A stretch of 64,000 nucleotides of DNA from an uncultured Verrucomicrobiae bacterium (GTDB lineage Bacteria; Verrucomicrobiota; Verrucomicrobiia; Chthoniobacterales; JAATET01): contig CAVRCI010000011.1 of the NCBI GenBank assembly GCA_963719495.1, forward strand, positions 161,340 through 225,339. The letters run 5' to 3'. Below the pieces are notes generated by a model. It was given only the letters and a program-made list of their open reading frames with translations. It did not search any database and was not told the DNA's origin. Each line of letters opens with the position of its first letter. The stretch's first letter is position 1. The translations under genes and the position numbers were made by a program. Shown here one piece after another: positions 1 through 9,106 of this stretch.

Positions 1-2
1 TC

Positions 3-413
3 AGCGCGGGGAGCGATCCCAGACCCGCTCCGCATCCGCTGGCGCTGCGGGTGCTCGAGGAAGAGTTTCAGCTGAACGTCGCGTCGGCGCGCAGCAAGTC
101 TTGGGAGGAATTCGAGGACGTGAATTTCGATTTTGTCGTCACGTTGTGCGACAGCGCGCGGGAGGTTTGTCCGGTGTGGCCGGGGCGTCCGATCCTGGCG
201 CATTGGGGATCGCCGGATCCGGCGGCGGTGCCGGGATCGGAGGCGGAACGGGTGGACGCATTCTGGCAGGTGGCGCGGCAGATCCAAAGGCGCCTCGAGC
301 TTCTGACCGCACTCCCCTTCGCGAAGCTCGACGAGCTTCGTCTGGAACTCGAAACCCGGGCGATCGGCGATCGCGAGTGCTTGGATCCAATGCCCACCTC
401 AAACCCAACCTGA
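3..413 (+). CDS. Arsenate reductase ArsC / LMW-PTPase family protein (5' partial)
   Basis: Frame is open from position 3 (SAGSDPRPAPHPLALRVLEE) and continues ...FDFVVTLCDSAREVCPVWPG...HWGSPDP, typical of thioredoxin-coupled ArsC. The start lies upstream of the window. Confidence 0.8.
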   Translation, partial: SAGSDPRPAPHPLALRVLEEEFQLNVASARSKSWEEFEDVNFDFVVTLCDSAREVCPVWPGRPILAHWGSPDPAAVPGSEAERVDAFWQVARQIQRRLELLTALPFAKLDELRLELETRAIGDRECLDPMPTSNPT

Positions 414-417
414 CACC

Positions 418-894
418 ATGAAATTATCCGAATTCCACCAAACCCTGACCGATCACCCCGACGCGAACCTGGCATTTATCCTTCCCGGCGGTGGCTCGGT
501 CCCGTCGCACGCGCACGTGACCGAAGTCGGGCGGACTCTGAAGACTTTCGTGGATTGCGGTGGGAAAACGCGTCAGCAGGCCTTCGTCTCCCTGCAGGTC
601 TGGGTGGCGCACGACACGGACCACCGGCTGCCGGCGGCCAAGCTTGGGGTCATCATCGAGCAAGCTGGATCGATCCTGGGGAGCGACGATCCGGAGGTGC
701 AGGTCGAGTGTCAGGAGAATTCCATCTCGCTCTTCGCGGTCGATGGGGTGCGCGTCGTGGACGGGACGCTCGCCTTCAGCTTGGCAAACAAGCGGACGGC
801 CTGTCTGGCGATGGACGTTTGTTTGCCGGACGGCGAGGGGGGAGCCGACTCGTCCGTCGAGAGCGGCTGCGGCGAAGGCACCGGTTGCTGCTAG
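418..894 (+). CDS. DUF6428-like protein, arsenic-cluster associated, Cys-rich C-terminus
   Basis: [11 protein letters not shown]...FVDCGG...[12 protein letters not shown]...KRTACLA and terminal GCC; lies between two arsC-like genes. Confidence 0.7.
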   Translation: MKLSEFHQTLTDHPDANLAFILPGGGSVPSHAHVTEVGRTLKTFVDCGGKTRQQAFVSLQVWVAHDTDHRLPAAKLGVIIEQAGSILGSDDPEVQVECQENSISLFAVDGVRVVDGTLAFSLANKRTACLAMDVCLPDGEGGADSSVESGCGEGTGCC

Positions 895-917
895 GTCGCT
901 TGAACTCGCCAACCGTC

Positions 918-1367
918 ATGAAGCCGACCGTCCTCATTCTTTGCACCGGGAATTCCTGCCGTAGCCACATGGCGGAGGGGGTTCTACGGGCGGCGGCGGG
1001 CGATCTCGTCGAGGTGCGAAGCGCGGGGTCGAAGCCCGCGGGATTCGTTCACCCATTGGCGATCCGGGTGATGGCGGAGATCGGGATCGATTTGGCGGAT
1101 CACCGGTCGAAGCATCTGGACGAATACCTCGAGGCGGGTGTTGCGACGGTCATCACGGTGTGCGGGAACGCCGACGCGGCGTGCCCGGTGTTTCCGGGTC
1201 AGATTCGGCGCTACCATTGGGGCTTCGACGATCCGGCGCACGCGACGGGGAGCGACGAGGAGGTGCTGGCGGAATTCGTGAGAGTGCGGGATCAGATCCG
1301 GCTGGTTTTTGGGGCTTATGCGGCTGGGTTGCGGGAGGCGGCCGGGTTGCGGGAGGCGGTGGGGTGA
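918..1367 (+). CDS. arsC: Arsenate reductase ArsC (LMW-PTPase fold)
   Basis: ATG at 918; catalytic loop [14 protein letters not shown], then [10 protein letters not shown] and HWGFDDP. Confidence 0.88.
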   Translation: MKPTVLILCTGNSCRSHMAEGVLRAAAGDLVEVRSAGSKPAGFVHPLAIRVMAEIGIDLADHRSKHLDEYLEAGVATVITVCGNADAACPVFPGQIRRYHWGFDDPAHATGSDEEVLAEFVRVRDQIRLVFGAYAAGLREAAGLREAVG

Positions 1368-1488
1368 GGCGCCGTTATGGGTGACAGTCACGGCTCGGCG
1401 GGAGCGTTGTCGGAGAGTTTCCCGACTGTCTCCGCTTCGCTCCGGCTGCCCTCCGGGTTTTTGGGGGCCTCCGGCGGCGGAGTGCGGG

Positions 1489-2415
1489 TCAGCGGAAGCG
1501 TTCGTTCAAGAGGTTGGCGAGGCGGTAGCCGGCTAGAGTGACTCGTTTTTCGGCGATGGTGCGGGCGGGTTCGACGTAGTCGGACGTGAGGAGGACCGGG
1601 TTGGTATCGGGGCCGCCGGGGAGTTTGCCGTAGCCGGTGTCGAAGCCGATCTCGTGGCTCTCGGCGACCCATTCCTCCGGCGTGGCGGGTTGGCCGAGGG
1701 TGGCGGCGGGATATTTTTTCTCGAATTCCGTGGCTTTCTCGCGGACGAGGTCCATGGCTTTGAGGTGGCCTTCGACGGGCGCGTCGCGGGAGTAGAGCGG
1801 CGCGGCGAAGAGGCCGGTCACCCCGGTTCCATCCCCGGTCATGCCGGCGCGGTAGCCGATGTCCCAGAACCAATGGAGGTTGCCCTCGCTGTTGAAGATG
1901 GCGAGCTCGGGGTCGATGAGGTTGGGGATTTTTACCATGTTGCCGCCGCGATCGTCGTTGTTGCTGGTGGTGTGGAGCGGCTGGTGGACGTCGCCGACGA
2001 GGTGGGTGAGCATGACGAGAGCGCGGTCGCGGTCGACCTTCGAGTCGGTGGCCCGGCCGTCGATGATGGCGAGGCATTTTTTGATGGCCCAGAGGACGTT
2101 GACCTCGGATTCGGGCGGGAGCGGGAGGCCTTCGCGGGTGAACGGGAGGTTGATGTAGTGCCAGGCGTTGTAGTCCCGGGTCTCACCGCGAATGTCGTCC
2201 ATGTAGCAGCCGGCGACGACGAAGGTGTATTCGGATTTCTCGCGCCGATTGAAGTCGGCGATGGACTTGTCGACCTTCGTTTTCGCGGCGGGGGTCAGGT
2301 TGTCGTAGGCGATCTGGTTGACGATCATGTGACCGAGGCCGTCCCAGGCGCGGGCGGGCGCGAGGGCGGTGAGGGCGAGGGTCAGGACGAGGAGGGGAAG
2401 GAAGGATCGGCGCAT
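1489..2415 (-). CDS. Secreted S1/P1 nuclease
   Basis: Signal peptide followed by WDGLGHMIV, WHYIN, HLVGDVHQPLH, DRGGN, NLHWFWD and AGYRLA. Confidence 0.9.
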   Translation of the reverse strand: MRRSFLPLLVLTLALTALAPARAWDGLGHMIVNQIAYDNLTPAAKTKVDKSIADFNRREKSEYTFVVAGCYMDDIRGETRDYNAWHYINLPFTREGLPLPPESEVNVLWAIKKCLAIIDGRATDSKVDRDRALVMLTHLVGDVHQPLHTTSNNDDRGGNMVKIPNLIDPELAIFNSEGNLHWFWDIGYRAGMTGDGTGVTGLFAAPLYSRDAPVEGHLKAMDLVREKATEFEKKYPAATLGQPATPEEWVAESHEIGFDTGYGKLPGGPDTNPVLLTSDYVEPARTIAEKRVTLAGYRLANLLNERFR

Positions 2416-2520
2416 GGTTTTATAGGGTGAAGTAGGGGTCGGGTGAGCAATTTGGAAGCCACAACCGGCGAGGTTGGAGCTTGTCGGGGACCGGACTTTT
2501 GTTTTACGACTCCCTTTCAT

Positions 2521-3186
2521 ATGAAACTCGGTTGGATTTTGGCAGTGGGTGCGATGGTGACAATGGTGGGCTGTGCGTCGATGAATCCGACCCTCACTGA
2601 CGAGGAGCGCGCGATTCTCGGGTTCGACCTCGAGGGGATTCAGCTCGGCGACCAACCCGGCAAATTGGCCGTCTTCTCGCAGGTCCAACGGGTGCCGATC
2701 CAGATCGACGGGATGGACGTTTACGAGATTTACAACCCGATCCCGCAGATCTCGAACATGGTGGCGTCGTTCTACGAGAACAAACTCCGCAAGCTCGAGA
2801 TCCGCTATTTCAACGGACCGGGCGTGAATACGCTCACCCGCGCCGGCGGTTGGGTCGGCATCCGAAATTACCTGATGGAATCCTACGGTCCGCCTTCACG
2901 CTTCGGTGGCGACGTGCCGATCGTGGCCGCGCAGAAGGGCCTGCAGGTGCGCTACGCGAAATTCAACGGCGAGTGGATCTTCTCGCGGGTCAATCGCAAG
3001 CTGAATTACATCGCGATGTCCGACGACAAGAGCACCGATGGTGTCGGCGTCGTCGTGATCCAGGACATCTCGCCGCGGCCTCCGGTCGTGCAGCCGATCG
3101 ACCGGGGCCGGACGACGACGACGGCGGCGGCTGCCCCGACGACGAGCGCGCCGGTGCAGCAGACTCGGACCGGCCCGGGATTTTGA
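2521..3186 (+). CDS. Hypothetical lipoprotein
   Basis: ATG at 2521, lipobox-like MVGC, Thr/Ala/Pro-rich tail. Confidence 0.65.
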   Translation: MKLGWILAVGAMVTMVGCASMNPTLTDEERAILGFDLEGIQLGDQPGKLAVFSQVQRVPIQIDGMDVYEIYNPIPQISNMVASFYENKLRKLEIRYFNGPGVNTLTRAGGWVGIRNYLMESYGPPSRFGGDVPIVAAQKGLQVRYAKFNGEWIFSRVNRKLNYIAMSDDKSTDGVGVVVIQDISPRPPVVQPIDRGRTTTTAAAAPTTSAPVQQTRTGPGF

Positions 3187-3455
3187 TTCCGCGGAGGAAC
3201 CCAAATTCGTTGCCCGCCAAGAACGCGAATGACGCGGAAGGGGGGGTGAGGGTCGACGTCGTCAGCCTCCGGGTGCGGGAACCGGCACCTTCTCCCCACA
3301 ACGCTGGCCCGTATCCCGGAGGGCGAGGCTCCCGCCGAGCCAACGCAGACCTGAGGATGACCATCATGAAAGATTGGGGGCCCGCAGTCTAATTCAGGCT
3401 CCGGATTCGCGTTCATTCGCGTCCATTCGCGGTTCCCAAGCGCATTGATCCGCTG

Positions 3456-4814
3456 ATGAATCGGAATATCCCGCTCTTCGTGGCGTTCCGTGTGTTGTTC
3501 AACGCGCGGTTCTACTACCCGATTCTCGGCGTCCTCTTCCTCGATCTCGGACTCACCCTCGAGCAATACGCTCTGCTCAACGTCGTGTGGGCGGTCACCA
3601 TCGTGACGCTCGAAATCCCGTCCGGCGCGCTCGCCGACGTGATCGGTCGCAAGCGGATGGTCGTGATGGCGGCGGGCCTCATGGTGGTGGAGCTGGCGAT
3701 CTTCAGCTTTGCGCCAACCGGGACTGCGGATCTGCTTTTCTGGTTGCTGGTGATCAATCGCGTTCTCAGCGGCGCGGCGGAGGCTTCGGCGAGCGGGGCG
3801 GACGAGGCATTGGCCTACGATTCGCTGCCGCCGGAGGACCGGGAGGAAGGCTGGCCGACGGTGTTGGAATCGCTCACTCGCTGGCAATCGGGCGCTTTCT
3901 TCGTGGCAATGGTCGCGGGCGGGGCGCTCTACGACGCGGAATTCATCGGCGGAGTCGCGGAGTGGTTTGGCTCGGGCTGGCGACCCGCGGCGGCGGACGT
4001 GGCGCGGTGGCCGGTCTTCGTGACGTTCGCGATGTCGATCGGGTGCTTCCTCGTGGCGCTGGCGATGCGGGAGGTGGGCGTTTCGGACGGGGACGGCGCG
4101 CTGGGTGAAGATCACGGCTCGGCGGAGCCTCGCCCTCCGGGATCTGGGGGCCTCCGGCGGATGAGGTTGGCCGTCGCCAACGTTTGGGCCGGGGCGCGCT
4201 TTGTCGTGACCGACCGGCGGATTCTGCTCGTGCTGCTTGCGGCGGTCGTTTGCGACAGCCTTGTGCGGTTGTTCATGACGTTTGAAAGCAATTACCTGCG
4301 GCTGATTCTCCTACCCGAAGTGTTGTTCGGTGTCATCGGCGCGGGCATGGCGCTGCTCGGATTCGTGGCGGCACCCGTAGCGCGGAAAATGGTGCGGGGC
4401 GGCTCGGCGCCGCGCAATTTTGCCGTACTCGGTGGACTGATGCTCGCCGGCCTGATCGCCGTGGCGTTCGCGGTCCCGCGTTGGGGCGTGCTCGCCGTCC
4501 TCCCGCTCGGCGCCGCTTTCCCGATGCTGAGTTTCTTCGTCTCGCACTACCTCAACTCCTGGACCGCCTCGGAACTCCGCGCCACGGTCCTGAGCTTCCG
4601 CGGGGTGGCGTTCAACCTGGCTTACGGCGCGGCGGGGCTGCTCTTCGCCGCGCTCACCGGGCGATTGCGATCGGCTGCGCCGGATGCGAGCGAGAACGCC
4701 GTGTTCGCCGACGCGATCCTCTGGTTGCCCGGGACGTTTGTTGTCGTGGCGGCGGCGGTCGGCGGGTTTGCGCTCGCGTCGCGGGGGCGGATCGCGAAAA
4801 GTCGCCGGGAATGA
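3456..4814 (+). CDS. MFS transporter
   Basis: Many hydrophobic segments; motif A-like EIPSGALADVIGRK and SGADEALAYDSL. Confidence 0.88.
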   Translation: MNRNIPLFVAFRVLFNARFYYPILGVLFLDLGLTLEQYALLNVVWAVTIVTLEIPSGALADVIGRKRMVVMAAGLMVVELAIFSFAPTGTADLLFWLLVINRVLSGAAEASASGADEALAYDSLPPEDREEGWPTVLESLTRWQSGAFFVAMVAGGALYDAEFIGGVAEWFGSGWRPAAADVARWPVFVTFAMSIGCFLVALAMREVGVSDGDGALGEDHGSAEPRPPGSGGLRRMRLAVANVWAGARFVVTDRRILLVLLAAVVCDSLVRLFMTFESNYLRLILLPEVLFGVIGAGMALLGFVAAPVARKMVRGGSAPRNFAVLGGLMLAGLIAVAFAVPRWGVLAVLPLGAAFPMLSFFVSHYLNSWTASELRATVLSFRGVAFNLAYGAAGLLFAALTGRLRSAAPDASENAVFADAILWLPGTFVVVAAAVGGFALASRGRIAKSRRE

Positions 4815-5923
4815 TCCGCGTCCTGCACGTCATCGACAGTTTGGACCTCGGTGGGGCGCAGACGGCGCTGCTCAATTTGGTGAAATTCACCGATCCGGAG
4901 CGCTTCCAGCACGAGGTGGCCGCCATGCACGGGGACGGCTTTTTTGCCGCGGCGTTTCGCGGAATCGGCGTGCCGGTTCATTCCCTTTCGCGGCGAAAAT
5001 GGCCTCCAGAATACCTCTGGCGGCTTCCGGGATTGCTCCGGCGGGGGCGGTTCGACGTCGTCCAATGCCACCTCTTCGGCGCGAACTGGATCGCCAAACC
5101 CATCGCCGCCCTCGCGCGCGTGCGGGTCATTTACCACCACGACCAGTGCAACGACGCCTTCCGGACGGATTCGCGGATTGCCACCTTCGTCGACGCGGCG
5201 TTCAACCGTCTCTCGACGCGCGTCCTGGCCGTCTCGCGGTCGGTCGAGCGTTTCGCCGTGGACGTGGAAGGCGTCCCCGCCGAGCGCGTGACGTATCTGC
5301 CGAACAGCGTCGACCTCACGGTCTTCTCTCCGCCGTCGGAGGTCGAGCGCGCGGCGGCGCGGCGGCAATTCGGGCTCCCGGAGGCGGGGCTCGTGGTCGG
5401 CGCCGTGGGTCGCTTGGTTCATCAGAAAAACTTCGACCTCCTCATCGAGGCGATGCGCTCCGTGCTGGCGGATCGGGACGACGCGACACTCGCGATCTTC
5501 GGAGACGGGCCGGACGCGGCGAGCTTGCGCGGTCTCGCTGCGCCCATGGGGGGCCGAGTGCGGTTTCTCGGTCGCGTGATCGAGCGGCGGGCCGTGTATG
5601 CGGCTCTGGATTTGCTCGTGTTGCCGTCGCGGTTCGAAGGACTACCGATGACGGTGCTCGAAGCGATGGCGTCGGGTGTCCCGGTCATCGCCACGGCAGT
5701 CGACGGGATGATCGAACTCGTGGGGGGAGACCCACGCGCGGCCCGTCTCGTGCCGCCGGGTGACGTCGCGGGCCTTCGGGAAGCCGTGATCGAACTGCTG
5801 AGCGACCGGGACGCGAGGAGCGATCTCGCGGCGGCGGCGCTGCCGCTGGTGCGAACGACTTTCGATGCCCGGCGGCTGGCGGCACAGCTCGAGGCGCTTT
5901 ACCAAAGCGATTTGGCGCGATGA
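4811..5923 (+). CDS. Glycosyltransferase family 4
   Basis: ATG at 4811 overlaps the MFS stop (ATGA); VLHVIDSLDLGGAQ, VGRLVHQKN, SRFEGLPMTVLEAMASGVPVI. Confidence 0.9.
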   Translation: MIRVLHVIDSLDLGGAQTALLNLVKFTDPERFQHEVAAMHGDGFFAAAFRGIGVPVHSLSRRKWPPEYLWRLPGLLRRGRFDVVQCHLFGANWIAKPIAALARVRVIYHHDQCNDAFRTDSRIATFVDAAFNRLSTRVLAVSRSVERFAVDVEGVPAERVTYLPNSVDLTVFSPPSEVERAAARRQFGLPEAGLVVGAVGRLVHQKNFDLLIEAMRSVLADRDDATLAIFGDGPDAASLRGLAAPMGGRVRFLGRVIERRAVYAALDLLVLPSRFEGLPMTVLEAMASGVPVIATAVDGMIELVGGDPRAARLVPPGDVAGLREAVIELLSDRDARSDLAAAALPLVRTTFDARRLAAQLEALYQSDLAR

Positions 5924-6399
5924 GGCGGTCGCTTGGCGCGCTCTTGTCTTTGCTCGTCGCAGGCTGCGCCGGAGTGAATTTTCTTCCGGGCGAGGAACCG
6001 ATTTCCCTCGTCGTCCGCGGCGGGGCTCCGTTTTGGACCTACGGCCCCCAGCAAGCCGGCGGCCCGAATGAGCGTTTGACGCTTGGCGACCAAATTGCGG
6101 TTTTGCGCTGGGAATATGGATTCAGTCGAGTCCAGTTGGAGTCCGGTGCGACCGGATACGTCGCCAACGAAGACATCGAACCCGCCCCACCCGGGACTCC
6201 CCGGCGAATCGCGGTCTCGAACGTCGCGGCACCCCGCCCGCGCGGGCGACCGGTCGACCCGATCCCGGCCGCGGTCGAGAATCCCGACCAACCTTCCCGC
6301 CCCCGCTACGAGGGCCCGATCGTCGACGACGCCCCGCTCCCGATGCCGGACCCCGACCTCGACACCGCCCCGCCGGATGCGCCAGGTGAGTTGTTTTAG
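5920..6399 (+). CDS. SH3-like domain lipoprotein
   Basis: Lipobox VAGC; LGDQIAVLRWEYGFSRVQLESGATGYV resembles a bacterial SH3 domain; Pro-rich tail. Confidence 0.6.
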   Translation: MRRSLGALLSLLVAGCAGVNFLPGEEPISLVVRGGAPFWTYGPQQAGGPNERLTLGDQIAVLRWEYGFSRVQLESGATGYVANEDIEPAPPGTPRRIAVSNVAAPRPRGRPVDPIPAAVENPDQPSRPRYEGPIVDDAPLPMPDPDLDTAPPDAPGELF

Positions 6400-6441
6400 C
6401 CAGGGGGGAAAAAATCGCCACCCGCAGCGCTGCATCGAGGC

Positions 6442-6763
6442 AAAACTGAACCAATGAACGGACTGACCCCTTCGACCGCCAGCGTTGATCGAAAAGACCC
6501 CGGTTGCCAATGATCTCGCGCGGGACGGCCTCCAAGCCGTCCTCACCTCCTTGCGCTCTTAACCGAAAACCCGCTCAAAACAGTGCCATTCCGGACCCCT
6601 TCGACAGTCGCGGCAAAATTGAACCAATGCACGGACTGACCCCTTCGACCGTGCCGAGAATGGGTTCCGTTTAGAAAATTGAACCAATGAACGGACTGAC
6701 CCCTTTGGCGTTTAGAAAATTGAACCAATGAACGGACTGACCCCTTTGGCTGACCCCTTTGGC
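6442..6763 (+). repeat. Cluster of transposase-associated repeats AAAA(C/T)TGAACCAATGAACGGACTGACCCCT (4 copies plus one subtype-B copy)
   Basis: Copies start near 6442, 6615, 6675 and 6716; variant AAAACAGTGCCATTCCGGACCCCTT at 6577-6601. Confidence 0.9.
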
Positions 6764-6919
6764 AATGAAACGAACTTGTCACAGTGGGAATGTTGCTGAG
6801 CAAAGTGGCGTCCAAGAGTGTTCGTGAGCGGTCAGCGATCCGGTAGGGTCCGAACGTGGCATGCCTTCTGCTGATCTCGGGACAAACACGAAACGCGAAA
6901 ATTCAACCAAACAAACTAA

Positions 6920-7654
6920 ATGACCAAAACACTACTCACAGCAGCCTCCACATTGATTCTTGCAGCCAGCGGATTACAAGCCCAACTCGTTGCTTTCTCA
7001 GGTTTTGAAGCTTCGGGCGATACTTGGGCGGGCGTCTCCGTCTCCGGGACAAACAGCTCCTTCTCCACTTCACCTGGTTCAAGTGATTCCCCAGCAAACC
7101 AGCGAATTCTCGAAGGTAGCCGCTCATGGCAGACTAATGACGGCACTGGAACCGTGAATTTCGATGCGCTCGATCTGTCGGCCTTTGCGGGGCGATCTTT
7201 CGTATTGACTCTACAACTCTCCTCGACGTCAGGCTCTTCTGGGAACGGAGCCGACGTTTCTGACTACGTCCGCGCCTTCGTAGCCTTGAATGGAGCGGGG
7301 TTTTTGGCTAACACGGAGTCAAATGCAGACATCAACTTGTTTGGAAATTCTAACGCCCGCTGGGGTTACGGATCAGATTTGACGGCGTCGACAGCCGCTG
7401 GGACCTCAGCCTCGTTTAGCGCTCCACAGGGTGGAACGAGACCGGAAAATTACTCGACTTTCTCGATCACAGCTCCAGCCGGGACGACTAGTTTCGACCT
7501 ACGTCTCATTGCCCTCAACAACAGTAACAATGAATACTGGAACGTCGACAGCGTTTCGCTCACAGCCGTCCCTGAGCCGCACCAGTACGCTTTGGGCATT
7601 GGTGCTTTGGTCGTTCTCGTGGCGTTCGCTCGCCGCCGCCGACTTTCTGCCTGA
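6920..7654 (+). CDS. PEP-CTERM sorting domain protein
   Basis: N-terminal signal peptide, Ser/Thr/Gly/Asn-rich body, C-terminal VPEP + hydrophobic helix + RRRR. Confidence 0.9.
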   Translation: MTKTLLTAASTLILAASGLQAQLVAFSGFEASGDTWAGVSVSGTNSSFSTSPGSSDSPANQRILEGSRSWQTNDGTGTVNFDALDLSAFAGRSFVLTLQLSSTSGSSGNGADVSDYVRAFVALNGAGFLANTESNADINLFGNSNARWGYGSDLTASTAAGTSASFSAPQGGTRPENYSTFSITAPAGTTSFDLRLIALNNSNNEYWNVDSVSLTAVPEPHQYALGIGALVVLVAFARRRRLSA

Positions 7655-7675
7655 ACCGCAACCTTACCGACTTTG

Positions 7676-7710
7676 GAAAACCCGCGGGGCGTAAGCCTCG
7701 CGGGTTTTTT
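7676..7710 (+). terminator. Rho-independent terminator
   Basis: GAAAACCCGCGGGGC-GTAA-GCCTCGCGGGTTTTTT just after the PEP-CTERM stop. Confidence 0.8.
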
Positions 7711-7750
7711 GCGTCCGTCGAAGGGGTCATCGAAGGTCAAAGTCAAATCA

Positions 7751-7950
7751 AAGGGGTCAGTCCGGAATGGCGCTGTTTTAAGCCGATTTTCGGGGGGAAA
7801 AGATGGAGACGAAGGGGTCAGTCCGGAATGGCACTGCATTAAGCGAAGGATCGGGATTTGCCGCGGTGAGGGATTTCTTGGTAGAGAGCGCGAGGAGCGG
7901 TGAGATAACTGAAGTTTTTAAAAAAGGGGTCAGTCCGTTCATTGGTTCAG
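7751..7950 (-). repeat. Inverted copies of the transposase-associated repeat
   Basis: AAGGGGTCAGTCCGGAATGG at 7751 and 7812; AGGGGTCAGTCCGTTCATTGGTTCAG at 7925-7950 is the exact reverse complement of 8979-9004. Confidence 0.9.
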
Positions 7951-7991
7951 AAACGGATTGACGGTTGGGACGCTGGTTCGGAGAAGGGCGG

Positions 7992-8990
7992 ATGCCGAGA
8001 GCCGTTCGAGTTGAATATGTCGATGCCGTCTATCACGTGATTTGCCGAGGTGATCGGCGGGAGGCGATTTTCAAGGATGACCGGGATCGGCGAACTTTCT
8101 TGAAGACCCTCGCGGAGGTTTGTGAACGAACAGGATGGAGAGTTCGTAGTTACGTGCTGATGGACAACCATTACCATCTACTCCTCCACACGCCTGAGCC
8201 GAATTTGGTTCGGGGGATGCAGTGGTTTCAAGGGACGTATACGGCGAGATCGAATGCGCGGCACTGCGAGCGGGGACACCTATTTCAGGGCCGCTACAAA
8301 GCGATTCCGATCGAGAGCGAAGCTGGGAGCTACGGGCGAACGGTTAGCGATTACATTCATTTGAATCCGGCGAGAGCGCGGGTCGTCGACTTCTCCGTGG
8401 GCCGACTAGCCGACTACCAATGGAGTAGCTTTCCCCGACTGATCGAGGGAGAAGACTTGCCAGTTTGGCTCGATCCTGGGGCCGCTATGGCTTCGCACGG
8501 ATGGTCGTTTCTGGCGGCGCCGGATCGGGCGGCCTACGCAGACTACTTGGAAAGTCGGAGTAGAGAGGTCGCAGAAAACGAAGGGAATGACGAGCAAAGG
8601 ACCGAGGTGAAGCGTCGATGGTTTTTGGGAAGCGAAACGTTTCGCGAGAAATTGACGCAGCTCGCCGCCGAAACGGTGGCAGCGGGTAAGCCAGATTCTT
8701 TCGAGCCGCAATCGAGCCAATCTCACGACGAAGATGCGGCGACTCGTCTTTTATCCGAAGGAATGAAGCGACTTGATCTATCGCCGGAGGTGCTGGCCCG
8801 TCTACGCCCAAGCGATCCGCTCGTCCAAGGTTTGATCTGGTCGATCAAGACGCGGACGGTCATGGGCGACGAATGGGTGGCTGATCAGATCGGGTGCGGT
8901 CACCGAAGTAACATTGGGCGAGCTGTCCGTCGATTTCGGTCGAGCGAAGAAGACTTGGTTCGGAAGATACGTGAAAAACTGAACCAATGA
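7992..8990 (+). CDS. HUH/Y1 transposase, REP-associated tyrosine transposase (RAYT)-like, with C-terminal extension
   Basis: YHVICRGDRRE, HUH motif YVLMDNHYHLL, GHLFQGRYKA, catalytic YIHLNP, YQWSS. Confidence 0.9.
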   Translation: MPRAVRVEYVDAVYHVICRGDRREAIFKDDRDRRTFLKTLAEVCERTGWRVRSYVLMDNHYHLLLHTPEPNLVRGMQWFQGTYTARSNARHCERGHLFQGRYKAIPIESEAGSYGRTVSDYIHLNPARARVVDFSVGRLADYQWSSFPRLIEGEDLPVWLDPGAAMASHGWSFLAAPDRAAYADYLESRSREVAENEGNDEQRTEVKRRWFLGSETFREKLTQLAAETVAAGKPDSFEPQSSQSHDEDAATRLLSEGMKRLDLSPEVLARLRPSDPLVQGLIWSIKTRTVMGDEWVADQIGCGHRSNIGRAVRRFRSSEEDLVRKIREKLNQ

Positions 8991-9106
8991 ACGGACTGAC
9001 CCCTCTGGGTGATAAAAAACTGAACCAATGAACGGACTGACCCCTCTGGGTGATGAAAAACTGAACCAATGAACGGACTGACCCCTCTGGTGACCCCTCT
9101 GGGTGA
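8974..9106 (+). repeat. Three tandem 41-bp copies of the transposase-associated repeat plus a partial copy
   Basis: CTGAACCAATGAACGGACTGACCCCTCTGG at 8979, 9020 and 9061. Confidence 0.92.

Noticed and set aside
3205..3440. Short decamer-like repeats ATTCGCGTTC/ATTCGCGTCC, and similar ATCCTGTCC repeats near 62540-62570
   Set aside because: Only 2-3 degenerate copies of a short intergenic repeat with no associated gene; too weak to assign a function.
8974..9106. Possible CRISPR array (30-bp repeats at regular spacing), also at 6615-6763
   Set aside because: The intervening sequences are ~11 bp and near-identical rather than unique spacers, there are no cas genes, and the repeat is the transposase-flanking inverted repeat.
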